This document shows positions 10,824-24,600 of a DNA stretch of 64,000 nucleotides, one piece after another (the first letter of the stretch is position 1; each line of letters starts with the position of its first letter). Location: NCBI RefSeq assembly GCF_009914755.1, contig NC_060928.1. One strand, given 5' to 3'. This stretch comes from the human T2T-CHM13v2.0 reference genome, Homo sapiens. The translations under genes were made by a program, and so were the position numbers. The notes under the pieces are model-generated. The model saw only the letters and a list, made by a program, of their open reading frames with translations. It was not told where the DNA came from and ran no database searches.

Positions 10824-13314
10824 AAGAAATAATAAAATACATATAAGAACAAAAATCAATAAAAATTGAAAGAACACCAAAATGGAATATCAATAAAATA
10901 AAAAGCTAATTTATTAAAAAATGAAAAAATTCTAGCTATACTCAACAAAAAAGAGAAAAAATACTAAACACTAAAGCCAGTAATGAAAGAAAGACTGTCA
11001 CTAATTATACTATAGGTTATAAAATGATAGTAAGCACACAGTGTTTAAACTTTATGCAAATACATTTTAAAAGTTTGGTAAACGGACACATTACTTGAGA
11101 GAAAAGAGTTTACAAAATTCACTTAAAAATAAAGAGACACCATGAATAATCCTGCAACTATTAAATACATTAAATCTATAATTTGAAACTCACACACAAA
11201 ATAATTCCAGGTCAGGAAGGTTTCACTCTTGTATTCTCACAATCTTTAAAGAATAAATAGTAACAATTCTATGCAAATAAATAAAATCAAAATAAAACAG
11301 AAATAAAAGAGGAAGCAACCCTAACAGCATATTATATGAGGTACATATTAACCTTAAAGGAAAAAAATAGGTAGAGATTAACAGAAAACTACAGACCTAC
11401 ATTTTGATTTAAAAAATTTGTATAGGATTATTTTATTAAAAGTAGAAAAGCATTTGATGACATTTTACATGTATTCATAATAAAGATTTACAGAAAAGTA
11501 GGCAAGAGAAACAAATTATTTCAAAAGTAATAAACATATCTAAAAATATAGTTAATATAGTGAAATACCAAATGGTTCCTCCTACTATAAGAAAGAATGC
11601 AGAAATATCCACTATGAACCATTCTGTTTGATACTTAGAAAACTGCAATACAGTGCTGAGAGACATTAAGGCAGACCTAAATAAATGGAGAGATAAACCA
11701 AGTTCAACAATTTGAATGCTTTATAGTGTTAAGAAGGTAGTTCTACTAAATTGATTTCTAGATTAATTGCAATATCAGTCAAAATCTCAGTAGGCTTTTT
11801 ATATAAATAACAAATATTTTTTCAAAATTACTATGTAATGTTATAAAATATTATAAATTAATATTGAAAATATTTTACATGAAAGTTCAAATTTCTGGAG
11901 CCTTTTAAGATAAGAGGATGGCAGTATTTCTATGGTATAAACACTAAGTATATAAAAACTGAAGACTTCTATTAATATCAGACAAAATGGGCCACAAATC
12001 AAGAAATATTTTTAGCAGGATAAAGATCAATGTAATTGGTCCAATTCATCAAGAGAACCTGATAATGCAAAATGTTTTTTCACACATTAACAAACAATTC
12101 TGCATTTAAAATACTCAAGCCAAAAACTTACAGAATTGAAAGGAAAAATATACAAATCCACAATATATTTAAAGATTGGAAAACTATTTTCTGATATTAT
12201 TAAACAAGTAAATAAAAAATTTTAAAGAAAATATCTACAAATTTAATGACATTATAACCTAACAAGTTCTAGGATGCATAGAATATTATACTCATCACCA
12301 GCAAAAACTCATTTTATTTTCCAAGTGCACTGACATTCATCACATGTTAGGCAACAAATAATAAAGTTTCAACAAATTTAACAGGATTAGATCATGGAGA
12401 GTATGTTCTCTGACCCAACGGAATTAAATTTAAAATAAAAAACAAAACCAAAGCTACAATGGAATCCCCAAATATTTAGATATAATAAACTTCTAATGAT
12501 GCCTTGTAGCAAATAGTAAATCAAAAGATAAATTAGAAAGTATTTTGGTCTGGATAAAAATAAAAACACTACAACTTCAGGATTCCTTTGGAGAAATACG
12601 AAGTTTTTAATGTATGTATTAGAAAAAGGAGAAATGTCTAAAATTAATGACACAAATGTCTACCTGAAAAAGTGAAAAGAAAACCAAATTAAACAAGAAG
12701 AAGTAGAAAGTAAATATAGAGAAAAACTAAAATTTTATAAAGACATAACAGAAATACAAAAGGAAAAGATGAAATTTAAAACTGATTCTTTGATAAAAGG
12801 AATAAAACGAATTAAATTCTAGATAGTCTGAGAAAGATACAAAGACAGAAATCTGTCAGCTACCACTTTCAGGAAATAAAGTGGGCAAGGTTGGGAAGAT
12901 GGTGGGTGTTGTAAAGATATTACAAATATCAAAATGATAATGACTTAAATTACAAAAACTTTATGCCAATAAATTTGATAATGGTTGAATAAATTCTATG
13001 GTTAGCAAAATAATCTTTACAATTACTCAAGAATAAATAAAATTTCTTCATATCTTTAGATTTATTAAAGATACTGAATTTTAATTTAATACCTTCTTAG
13101 GGGAAACAAATTCCAGACTCAGGTGCCTTCACTGTTAAATTTTATTCTTTTTAAATAGGTAAATGTTACAGTGATTATTACTCAAGTGTATATACTGAGA
13201 ATTTTTACATTAATTTGTTACATAGATTAATTTTTTTCTTCAAAATACAACTAATTTACTGATTATACTTTTTGGGTCTTCTGTTAACATTATTAGCAAA
13301 ATTTAGAAAATTTA

Positions 13315-14160
13315 TTCATTTATATACAAAATTAATAGATACATTAAATACTTACTCTGTGCCACCCAATGCCCAATTCACTGAGAGCATTTTACTGAAT
13401 AAACAAAAAATTTTGACCCTTGATTACCTTATTGTTGCAGGTAACAAACCATAGAAGATAGACAATAGTCAATGTAAAAATCAATAAGTTGTTTTGACAA
13501 TGGACAATAAGCAAAAATACCTGTTCACTTGTTGTATTAGTCTGTTCTCACACTGCTATAAAGAGCTGCTAGATGCTCCTTAATATATAAATGAAAGAGG
13601 CTTAATTGACTCAAAATTCTACAGGTCTGGGGAGGCCTCAGAAAACTTACAATCATGCCAGAAGGGGAAGCAAACCATGTCCTTCTGCACATTGTGGCAG
13701 GAAGGAAAACTGCAGAGTGCAGGGGGTAAAAGCTTTTTATAAAACCACCAAATCTCATGAGAACTCACTCACTATCAGGAGAACAACATGGGAGAACCAC
13801 CCCATGATCTAATCACCTCCCAGAGTTGCCTCCCCCAAAACATGGGGATTATAAATCTGATTATAATTTAAGATGAGATTTTGTGTGGGAACAGAGCCAA
13901 ATCATATCACTAGAATAGATAATATATACAATACATAAGTAAATTTTATAGTATGCTAGCAGATGGTTAATTCTACTGACAAATACAGAAAGGTAAAGGA
14001 TGAAAGGGATCACTTGCTTAAGAAAGGGATACACATTTATATGTGTTGATTTTAAGGAATCAACAAGGAATGATTAGCAAGACTTGAAGAGAAAGGAGAA
14101 GCCATGTGAGCCTCTGGGGTGGTGTTACAGGCAAAGGTAAAAGCCAGGACAAAGCAGACA
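13315..14160 (-). mobile_element. L2 fragment interrupted by a THE1 LTR
   Basis: 'acattaaatacttactctgtgcca' tail-like text, continuing after 13909 ('gacttgaagagaaaggagaagccatgtgagcctctgggg'). Confidence 0.5.
13533..13909 (-). mobile_element. THE1D/MSTA-type MaLR solo LTR
   Basis: 'tgtattagtctgttctcacactgctataaag ... cagagccaaatcatatca'. Confidence 0.92.
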
Positions 14161-14173
14161 CTTCCTATATTCC

Positions 14174-14521
14174 TGTATTCATCCATTTTTATGCTACTGA
14201 TAAAGACATACCCCAGCCTGGGAAATTTATGAAAGAAAGAGGTTTAATGGACTTATGGTTCCACATGGCTGGGGAAACCTCACAATCATGGCAGATGGCC
14301 AGGAAGAGCAAGTCACATCTTACATGGATGGCGGCAGGCAAAGAGAGAGCTTGTTCAGAAAAACTCCCTCTTATTTAACCATAAGATCTTGTGGGACTTA
14401 CTCACTATCATGAGAATGGGATGGCATGCCACCATGATTCAATTATCTCCCACCTGGTCCCTCCCACAACACATGGGAATTCAAGATGAGATGTGGGTGG
14501 GGACAAAGCCATACCATATCA
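14174..14521 (-). mobile_element. THE1A/B-type MaLR solo LTR
   Basis: 'gctactgataaagacatacc', 'gcaagtcacatcttacatggatggcggcaggcaaagagagagcttg', ending 'ccatatca'. Confidence 0.93.
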
Positions 14522-14529
14522 CCATCTCT

Positions 14530-15230
14530 GTGCAAATGCTCTCTCTCTTCTATTTAGCTCTGCAATTGTAGCTAAATTTTCCTTTCTAAGCCCCAATCTC
14601 CAATTTCTCAATATACAGGGAGAGTTATACTTTCTTTGGATTATCCTTTCACTGTGTCTTCTGGAAACTGAGAGAAAGCTTGGGATAAGTCAGATTTTAT
14701 TTTTTCTTTTATCAAGGATCAGCATCCTCAGCTTCTTGTCAATGGTTAAAAAATCACTGTTGATTATATTTTGTCTGCACTTAGTTTTTATTTGTATGTG
14801 TGTGTTTTTGTTTTTTGTTTGTTTGTTTTGTAAAGAATTTAGTTTAGTTCCTCTTACTGTATCATGGCGAAGTACAGCTATCTTCAACCTATTTTTTCTG
14901 ACCAATCTTTGTCTTTATATTGATTTAACATTACTTTTTAAATTTAGTCTTAAAATTCTTACTTTAAATAGTAGTTTTAGACTACTTATATTTAATATTG
15001 TTATCTATATTTTGGCCTTAAATCTACTATCATAAAATTTATTTTCCATAAAATTTAATCTGTTCTTTATTACTATTTTCCACTTTTGATGCTTTGTCTT
15101 GGATTAAGTGTTTAATTTTGAATTTTATTTTATTTCAACTAATAGATTATTAGTCATATGTTTTTGCTTATTTTGTCCTGTTGGGTGCTCTAAGGTTTAT
15201 ACTATGTACCTTAACTTTCCAATAACTTTA
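14530..15230 (-). mobile_element. Decayed old L1 fragments (antisense)
   Basis: T-rich L1M-like text such as 'ttagactacttatatttaatattgttatctatattttggccttaaatctac'. Confidence 0.45.
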
Positions 15231-15549
15231 AGGTGACTGAATATTTTTGCCCTGATACCTAGAAAAAGACAAGCATGCTTGGTCTGATAAATTATTTTGA
15301 AGCTTATACTACACGTCTTAGCAATGCAATGAGAGAAGTAAGAATACATACAGTTTAGAAAGAAAGATGTCTTTCTTCACAGATATTATTCTGTGCAGAA
15401 AATAAAAAAGATATTTGCAAAAAAGTTAGTATAATTGTGTGTTTATCTAGATCACAGGATATAATATACAGAAATCCAGTATATTTTGATAGATTTGCAA
15501 TGACCATTCATAATCTGAGATAAAAAAAAACAAGGAAAATAAGGGAGTG

Positions 15550-16440
15550 CTCAAATGCTAAGAAAGGCATGTTAAAAGAGCTGAGAAACTTGAATAGTTC
15601 CTACTAGCAAAATTAGCAAAACTGAATCAATAAAATAAGTAAAGGAACAGATCATGGCCCACTGAAAGAAAGAGGAATCCATGGGTCCACGTGAGATAAA
15701 TCCATGAATTAACGAATGAATAAAAGAAGGAAACACTATTATTTTCCCACAGAGTGCCAACCAATAAAAGGAAAAGGGTTGACATTGTATGTTAAAAAAT
15801 TATCATTTGAAAATCTTCACATTGTATTTGATTGAGTCTTGAGGCATCAATGGATGCTAAACCTAGTGGGTAAATGTTGGAGAAGAAATGGGATATTTTC
15901 ACAGTCTCAAAGTATCTCTCCACAAAACACTTAATTTTAGATTAATTACATGTATATATACATGTATACAATAGATAGTCTATATATACAAAATATGATT
16001 TTTTGTCATGTTATATCAATATAAAGCAAATGAGGAGTACCTTTGCAATAGAGAAACCTGGAAGACATTACCTTTCAAATGATCAAAATTAAAATCACCA
16101 CTGATGGGAAAAATTAATTTCATATATAACCTGAAGAAATATGATAAGAAGAGCATAGCATCATGTTGGTGATTTTATTGCCAATAATGTATGTCTTGAC
16201 ATCTCATTATGAGAAAACACCAGACAAATCGAAATTGGGAGACATTCTAAAAATAGAATCCATTGGAATATTACCTTCAAAAAATGTTTAGGATGCTATG
16301 AAGGTTAAAGAAGGACTATGGAATGCTTCTGATTTAAAGAAGTTAAAGAGACATAGAAACCAGGAACAACACATTATCCTGAAGTGGATTGTTTTTTACA
16401 AAAAGCATCAGGGCAGTTTGTGAACTAGAATGGGTCCTCT
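15550..16440 (+). mobile_element. L1MC4/L1MC5-type 3' UTR
   Basis: 'gagaaacctggaagacattacc', 'gagaaaacaccagacaaatcgaaattgggagacattct'. Confidence 0.75.
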
Positions 16441-18489
16441 CTTGGTGCTTGTTACATGACAGCTGTTTGCATCACTTTAGCAACTTAAAGATAAACTGCT
16501 TAAAGATAAATTGGCGTCATTTCATACAAACATTAAAGAAAATGGTAATGTCTAACAGGCACAGAGTGCCAGCCTAATTACTGTTCCAGGGGTCCTCAGG
16601 GAGCTGTTTTCCTACTATCTTCTTGATTTTTAAAATATATTTTAGTTGATTAGTTTTATTCATGCCATAATTGGTGGAAATTAATCCTTGATTCTATAAA
16701 TTGTTACCTAGTCAGTTTCCAATGTTTTTTCTTGTTTGTTTCTCTTTCCTTATTTATTTATTTATGCTTTTCTTTTACTTTTTTTGTAAAGTGGAATAAG
16801 TTAGGAATGAGTATATTATGACCAACTAAACTGAGTAGTTTTATGACAAGTTCCAAATTACATTAAGTATCAAATATTTGACTTTTCTTAGATTTCAAAA
16901 TAGTCACTTTTCAGAAAAAATCATTAGTAGTTTTCTAAAAATAAAATCCTCTTGATTCAACAAAACATACTTCATGTTGTTTTTCCTCCCAAAACAGGCT
17001 CCTCCTTGAGTTATTGGGAATAAGTAATGCTTCTCAATAAAGCTTCGTGTCAACAAATCTGAACATATAACATCTCAGCTAGAGCAAGTTACTAAAAATA
17101 GGCTCAATTTGTACCTTGCAGTCATGCCTTCATAACCACTTTTCAATTAATCCTGCTTAATTCAGAGAATGTATAAATATGTAATTTTGCATCACTTTTA
17201 AGGCAGCCATTTTATTTTGAAATGCAACTAACATTATATGCATAAATTCAATAAATATAAAGCTGTTTTCAAAAATTGAATGTTTTTACTTGTAAGTTAT
17301 TCTTTCAATAATAATAAAGAGATGATCACTAGTCATTTTATTTTTCATAGTTGAATTGATTCAGTTGAGCTTCATTGGGTGTTCTTATGTTTTAGTCATG
17401 AGTCCATTCTCTTTAACAAGCTAAAGGAAACCATATTATATGCTAAAAGATGTCAGTTTGTGAACAATTTAATGAATATACAGAGTTAAAACATTTTTCC
17501 CGATTGGATGTTGGGGTTTGCTATAATTCTTTGTTACTTTATATGTGAATATACTCACTACTGACTATGTTTATGTATGTAGGAAACATGCTAGTGATGA
17601 AAATTCAAGCAGTTATTACCCTGGTTTTCTTTCATTAACAAAATACAGAAGAGAAATTATCTACTTATTCTTGGAGGTCTTAAAATATCTTTTCAGTTGA
17701 CTGATGATTCTGCTATCAAGAGCTACAAGTAGGTGCTCTGGCCGTCTATATCTGTATTTCCATATATTCAATTCCTTATTATATATTTCTCATTTGATAT
17801 TCTATACCCAATTCAAACAAAACCATTTCATGTATACAATGTACTTTTATTTACGCTTTTCTCTATCATTAAGTAGAAAGCCATTTGCACCTTAGTCTAA
17901 ATCTGAAATGTGCCTCTACCTAACCTTTCTAATACATTTTCACTATTTCTTAGTTATTAGAATAAATTTGCATAATTTCTGAAACAACTTTCTCTATGGA
18001 GTATTCCCTTTAGTTTCTTTTCCCTTCCAAACAATTTAATGAATTACAAATATGGGGGAGATATTTTTTCAATGGGTAAGACTTGACTTCTACAAATACA
18101 TGTTTAATTCCTTCTCAAAATTATTTCTACTTCCTCTTATTCAACACTGTGCTAGATTTTAGGGATATATAATAAGACAATATATGAGGTCCTTGCTGTC
18201 GTGAAAGGTACATTCTTATCTTTGGCAAATTGTAGAATCTTTAGCTTTGGTGTGCAAGGGCATTGGTGTTTGGTACATGCTTGGCTCTTTGCCTTAAGAA
18301 TTGCCTCTTTCCACCATGCATATTTCACCTGTGTGGGAATCCTTGCAGATCTCTATATTATTGATAGTCATTTTGCTCCGACATTTTGTACAAAGCTGAA
18401 TCAGCAACAGTATGACTAAACACAACCAAAAAAGAAAGCTAGAAAGATTATATTAGACACTTACGTGTATGGATCATTATGGTGAGGAC

Positions 18490-18491
18490 TG

Positions 18492-18535
<44 letters not shown>

Positions 18536-18941
18536 ACCTTCAGCCAAAATAAATTTACAGTTTAATTGAGTAATGAATGATTCATAAATTGGAAAGCCCC
18601 CACAATCACAGCAGATTCAGAGAGACTCCAGCGGTGTCTCATGGTCAGAATGAATTTATAGACAATACAAAGTAAAGTGACGTATAGAAATCAGAAGTGA
18701 GGTACAGAAACAGCTGGATTGATTACGGCTTGGCACTTGCCTTATTTGAACACTCAGCTGTATGCGACTAGTTGAAGTATGGCTGCTGGACTTGGCCAAG
18801 ACTCAGCGATTGTTACAGGCGCATACTCCTAAGTTAGGTTTTAGTCTTGTGTACCTATTGAGTTAGGTTGCAGTTCATTCACAAGGACTGAAATACAGAA
18901 GTATGGCGTTTTTCTCAGGCCATATTTAATTTGATTTAACA
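18490..18941 (-). mobile_element. MER57-type ERV1 solo LTR with perfect 4-bp TSD (ggac)
   Basis: ggac at 18486-18489 and 18942-18945; TG...CA ends; 'cagcagattcagagagactccagc', 'gttacaggcgcatactcctaagttagg'. Confidence 0.92.
18494..18534. repeat. Uninterrupted A41 homopolymer
   Basis: Counted directly. Confidence 0.97.
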
Positions 18942-19239
18942 GGACTTTGGGTATGTCATTGTATTTTACTAATATATTTTACAAACACCCCATGTTATCT
19001 TAATCTATTTAAGTTCACACTTTTTAATGAAATTTTACTTTAAATGTATCTAACCTCCTAAATTTCTGCCTTTATGAACCAATAATACTTTTTCCAAATT
19101 CTTATTATAGCACATATCAGACTATATAGCTATAGACACTTTGGCATCATTGTTTTCCCATACAAAACACAATACATTTAATGAATTAATGAATGATGCA
19201 TCAGCAAAGAAGCTTTTACTGAAAGTAAGAAAAATTATA

Positions 19240-20570
19240 AGCCAGTTTGGGTTTCCCAAGAATCAGACACCAAGATGGAATTACACATATAATACAGTAA
19301 CCAGAGAAAACGCCTTTGAAGAATAAAGAGAAGATAGAGCAAAAGGAGGCTGCAAGAGCCTCCAGATCATGATGCAAGCCTGGCACCTCAAAAGAAGAGA
19401 GAGCATGAAAGATAATTGGAAAGGAGGAGCCTCAGAGAAGAGTGCAGATCTGAGAAATTGTCAGTGAAAGAGCACCAAAGTGAATTTTGACCTTTAGATG
19501 AGTCCACGTGGGACAAGAATGAAAAGCCCTGTAATATCTTCCTTGCTCAGCATTGGCAGGGAGCAACCTAAGGAGAGCATGGCACCTGCATGTAAACCAA
19601 AAATAAAATTCAATGTCCGTTAACCAACTAAATGGGCCCTTTATCTTGGCCAAGGGCATTTTAAACTAAACCTGAAACAGTAATGGAGGCCATGATGGAA
19701 ATGGGTGGTTGAACATGCCTCGTTATTTACTTTCATCCTTTCGGAATTCATGCATAGCTGAACAGTGTTAACATTAAAGTAGAGACTTAAGAATGACAAA
19801 ACAGACTCTTCGTAGCAATAAGATATCAACATGACAGATAGCAGGCCTTGAAAGAAAAAGTATTTCACCAAAAAAATACATTTCTTTGACATATTTTGAA
19901 ATGGCCCTACAAAGCTGTTTCTGTGGGGAAAATCTCCATTTTGTAGAGAATCCCGTTGTCTTTCCAAGTCTTTTTCCTGATTTTTCCTGATTCCAAGTCC
20001 TTTTTCCTTTTTATGTCTGATAAAAATCATTTACAATCTATTCTCAGTGAAGCCTGCTACCTGCAAGCTTCATCTGCATAAGAACCTCGGTCTCTAAAAC
20101 ACCTTATCTTAACCCGTACACTCCTGTCTATTGATTCCGGTCTTTAGATAAATTATTTTAGCCAGTTCTCAAATGCCAATCAGAAAATCTTCGAATTCAC
20201 CTTTAACCTGGAAGCCTTCACCCACCCCACCCCCACCTGCTTTGAGTTGTCTCACCTTTCCCGATTTTACCAATGTATATCTTAGGCGTACTGATTGATG
20301 TCTTATGTCTCCCTCACATGTATAAATCCAAGCTGTAGCCCAACAACCTTGACACATGTTCTCAGGATCTCCTGGGCTGTGTGACAGGCCGAGGTCACTC
20401 ATATTTGCCTCAGAATAAATCTCTTCAAATATTTCACGGTTTGACTCTTTTCTTCAACATGCATTATCACTGTAGTAGCTCTGAAGTGGTTGAGTTGGAG
20501 GTAACCCACCAACAACCCTCCTCATGGAAATTTCTCTTGAATGAAAATATGGGAGGAGTAAATTCTTCAC
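19240..20570 (-). mobile_element. LTR16-type ERVL LTR, split by a MER4 LTR
   Basis: 'gggtttcccaagaatcagacaccaagatgg', 'ctccagatcatgatgcaagcctggcacc'; text resumes after 20463. Confidence 0.65.
19591..20459 (+). mobile_element. MER4 (D/E-type) ERV1 solo LTR with perfect 4-bp TSD (tgca)
   Basis: 'tgtaaaccaaaaataaaattc ... cagaataaatctcttcaaatattt ... tcaaca'; tgca at 19587-19590 and 20460-20463. Confidence 0.94.
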
Positions 20571-20619
20571 TGCCAAATACTATTTCAAATTCTTTCAAGC
20601 ATAAGGTACATTCATTATT

Positions 20620-21065
20620 TAACCTAAAAGTCAATCAAGAGGTAAAAAGAGGTCACAGTTTGCTTACGTATTTTCTGGCACTTCTTTGCTATTGGCTGTG
20701 TCACTTTTACCCTTGACATTGCTGCAAAAATGTCTGCAGACATTTAGGGTCATCATATTCAGATACAACCCTACCCAGAAGACCAAGAAAGAGACACCAA
20801 GAGAAACATTTATTTTAAAAACTCTTAAGGTAATTTGCCCTGATTTGCCTTTGTGCTGAATTGGGTCATATGTTTATTTTTGTTCTTATTTTTGGCAAAG
20901 AATCAGGCTATACTTAGAGTAATCACATCATACCTGAATCTGAAGATGAGACAGTAAACTTAGAGAAGTACTGAAGCCTTGGAAGCCTTGGATATATTGA
21001 ATATGTTCTATCTTAGAAAGAAAAGGTGAGATAATGTATGCTGGCAGTCAACCAACAGCATATTC
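20620..21065 (-). mobile_element. Old MLT1J/K-type MaLR LTR remnant
   Basis: 'gctgaattgggtcatatg', 'atgctggcagtcaaccaacag'. Confidence 0.5.
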
Positions 21066-23289
21066 TCCTAATGAACAACTGGAGAGTCATTTAAGTTCAA
21101 TGTTGGGGATTTTATTAGAAACTGTAAGATGAAGACACAATTCATTTTCTCTTTCCCTGTAAATTTGGACAATATTTGCTATATTCGCCTATATTTTGGC
21201 ATAGAAATTTAGGTTCTAAGTATATAGTAGTGATATAGCCTTCTTACAGGGTCACATAGACCCACAAGTAATAATTTTTAATACTCTTTTTATTCTCTCT
21301 GGTTGGCTAACATTAAAACAATCCACAGAAAACCCCCAAGAGCTATGTATTGAGGATGGCAAAACCACAGATGGGAAAATAATGAATCTTTGAATGACCC
21401 TGCGGGAAATCACAAATAGCATTCCTATTATTTAAGCAAGCAATAACTTTTATTGTTTTAAGAGTTGGAGGTTTAATTGTTTCAGTATTACTGTTACCAC
21501 AATTATTACAGGAAATGAAATGAGTAAAAAAAAATAGAGGGAACAAGGTTTATTGACATCTATGAGGCATTTTCTTTCCCCTAATATTACATACTCTAGA
21601 TTTTATTTCTGTACAAAAAATATTCTCTATGTCTAGCATAAAGAACTATGTCTTATTCATATTTATACTCTTCATAGATCAAAAGTGTGCTTAAAATACT
21701 GTACATTTAATGAGTTATTTTTGAATGTAAGCAACTTTGAATTCATCTTTGCATTTTTAATCTTATGTTTCTATTAAATGTATTATTAAATTCTACTAAC
21801 ACTTTCCTCAAAATAATTCTCAATATTTTGGTTTTTAATTTTTTACTGCCTTTGCATTCTCCTGGCAGAGACCCATTTCACCTCTCCTATAGATTATTTC
21901 ATAAAGATTTTATCATCCGTATCATATATATTTACAATATTAAAAGTTATCTGTAGCATGCTCTCATTGTTGCTTATAGATTAGGTTTGCTTCTCTATGT
22001 ACTACTCTGGTAGGCAGTGGTTAAATATACTGCTTTAAGCCTTTTCACAGTACCTTCTATAATATCATCATGCACAGTTTTAGGCACACAGCAGAAAATC
22101 AATGAAACATATTTAATTGACTAAAAATTGAAAGACATTGGTATATATGTAGGACAGATACTGATATTTTTATAAGCCCAACTCTGAAATGGTGATACAC
22201 AAAAAGTTGATAATTTTTTTCAGCAAAAACTATTAATAGTCATTTTTCAACATAATGTAAAATATATTTGAGATTGATAAATATTTTAGAACTCAAGTGT
22301 AAGAAAGCCATTAAGGGAATCCCACAATTTTCATTGTTTCTAAAACCTAATATAATTTAAGATTATGAACAGCCTTCTTTCTCAGCAGAAAAACATATCA
22401 CCAACCCACTACATTAAAAAAATGCATTATTCCAATCAATCTTGTTAATATACCATAGAATATTGAATTTTTTAAGAAAATTCAGAACTTTAAAAATAAA
22501 TACTAACCATAATAGCTCAATTAAAATTATCTCTATATTCTTGGAGGTTTTCAAATGCCATATCTAAAAATAGGATATAGTAAGGTATATCCAGGGATAA
22601 ACTAGCTGTTAAAAAATAATTTATTGAGACCTGTTATTATTGGCTGAGTAAACTTCTCTTATCTTCCAAAACATGTTCCATTATTTCATAAGATCTAGAA
22701 ATGATACCATGTTTGAAATTGGTTGAAAGGTTTCCCTATTGACCTACTTATAAATGGGTTATTTACATATTCAGGGTAATTACTTGTGCTTAAAACTGTT
22801 TTCAAGATAAATATGAACTGTGTCATTGTTCATATAAAAGAAAGATGCTTCTTTTCAATTAATTTCTATTAGTTAATAATTCTACAAATTATGTTTATTT
22901 CAATGGAGATTAAAGAACATAAAAAGAATAATGTTTCTGTTTTAGACTATATTAGTAAACCAGTTGGGGGGTGGGGCAATGAGGATAAACTCCATCAAAG
23001 GAACATAAGTTAGAAAAGTTGTAACATAAACTTAGGTTATAAGTCTGAATTACCCTAGACAGTTAGTCTATGGAATATGAGACTCTATGCAGCCTCAGCT
23101 GGCAGCACTGCCCTTAAGCAAAGATCATGAAAGAGATGCTGAAATAATTAATCAGGCAGAAATTTAGTATAATATTTCTTTGGGAATGTTCTCCGATACT
23201 TGGAAGTCAAAATAACAAGTAATTCTCACTTCCATTCTTTGTCTTCTCAATATACATCCCTATATCTTGCAAGGCATTTAGCAAATTAG

Positions 23290-23590
23290 AGTACATTTAC
23301 CAGCCTCCTTGCACTTTGATGAGGCAATGTAACTAATTTTTGGACCATAACATGTGAACAGAAGCAATATTTGCAGCATCTAAAAGAAATGTGTGTGACC
23401 TTTTACCCCTGTTACCATGCTTTAGAATTCATAGCTGTTTTCAGCTATTTTATATATAAAATAAGCATATAAAAGCAACAAAATAAATCAACATTGTAGA
23501 GCTATCGTGACATCACTGGACTTCTCCTAAAAGTTTTACGTGAAAAATATGTGAATTATTTCAAGCTGCTCTACTTGTTTTTCATAGACT
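23290..23590 (+). mobile_element. Old MLT1 LTR fragment
   Basis: 'ccagcctccttgcac...aggcaatgtaactaatttttggacca...atgtgaacagaagcaat'. Confidence 0.5.
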
Positions 23591-24239
23591 CTGTCATTAA
23601 TTAATTTTTTATGTACCACTAAAAAGCATTTTAAAATGCCTCTAAACTATGGCACACTGCTAAATATTTTCTAGATGTCTCAAAGAAGTTTTTATATGCA
23701 GTAATTTTGTTTTACATACACATGCATACTTACTGATTTCAAGTTTTTTCAACTTTCATATGAAATTGAAAGTTGAAAAGGCATATGAAATGTCTTTTTG
23801 AAACTCCTAACTCAATTTAATTTTTTTTTTTTACATTTAGGTTTACCATATTGTTTTAACAAAATGCTGTGTATTTATTCTAATATTTTAAAAACTTTAG
23901 GAATAAATTAATAATTTGGATTGTTCTACAGTATTGTATCCTGAACTGGAACTTTTTTTACTGATTTATTAATTGGAATATGAAATATGATATGCACATG
24001 TGAAAGACACAGATCTTAAGCATATAGCTTTAAACATTTTTAGAATGTCATCACAACCTACATGAATATGAATTGAGTATTACTAGAATCCAGGAGTCTC
24101 TATTGTGAACCTCCAATCATTACTATAGGCAACCACTGTTCTTACTTTTATCTTTATAAATTACATTTGCTTGACATTGAACTTCATAGCAATTGAACCA
24201 TACAATAGATATTAATTTCAATCTGGTTCAAAAAACACA

Positions 24240-24600
24240 ACCAACAGCGTGGGTGTCAGTGTGAAATTCTGGGCTGCTTCTCAGCTGAATCAATGGTGCT
24301 GACAGCTGCAATAGCAACAGCAGTGTCTTCAGAAGTTTTACTGAGAGTTTGGAGTCCAGAGTTTCTGCCTAACAGCAGCTGCACTCAAATAGGGCCAATG
24401 GTCAGTCTGGAATCATGGGACCCAGAATGCACCACCTTCCCCTATTCATTTTTCACAGTTAAGGATGGAAGTGGCTTCCTTCATTTGCTCATCATCTGGA
24501 GTAGCAGGCCTCTTTTGCTCTTTCAGCGTTTCTAACATTGTTGTAACCATGCCCCCAACCCCTGTATTATATTGTCTATCCTTTAAAAACTATTTTGTGG
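24240..24600 (+). mobile_element. LTR33-like ERVL LTR remnant
   Basis: 'aggatggaagtggcttccttcatttgctcatc' and 'ccctgtattatattgtct' resemble recalled LTR33 text. Confidence 0.45.

Larger units (their letters stand above)
8085..13140 (+). mobile_element. Old mammalian L1 (L1M/L1MD-type): 5' region, ORF1 and ORF2 remnants, interrupted by nested elements; probably two fragments
   Basis: ORF1-like 'ggagtcccagaagaag' and 'gagaaaaatcttaaaaggcatcag'. ORF2 endonuclease-like text appears at ~9900-10130 and again from ~11900. Many stops and indels. Confidence 0.7.

Noticed and set aside
14493-15035. Longest ORF (180 aa), hydrophobic and membrane-protein-like
   Set aside because: It starts at a GTG inside an antisense THE1 LTR and runs through T-rich decayed L1 sequence; the F/L/I richness follows from base composition and I recognise no domain.
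15947-15966. Perfect 20-bp palindrome tacatgtatatatacatgta
   Set aside because: Alternating purine-pyrimidine simple sequence, where palindromes arise trivially.
19641-20030. 129-aa ORF
   Set aside because: Lies wholly antisense within the MER4 LTR; no recognisable protein family.
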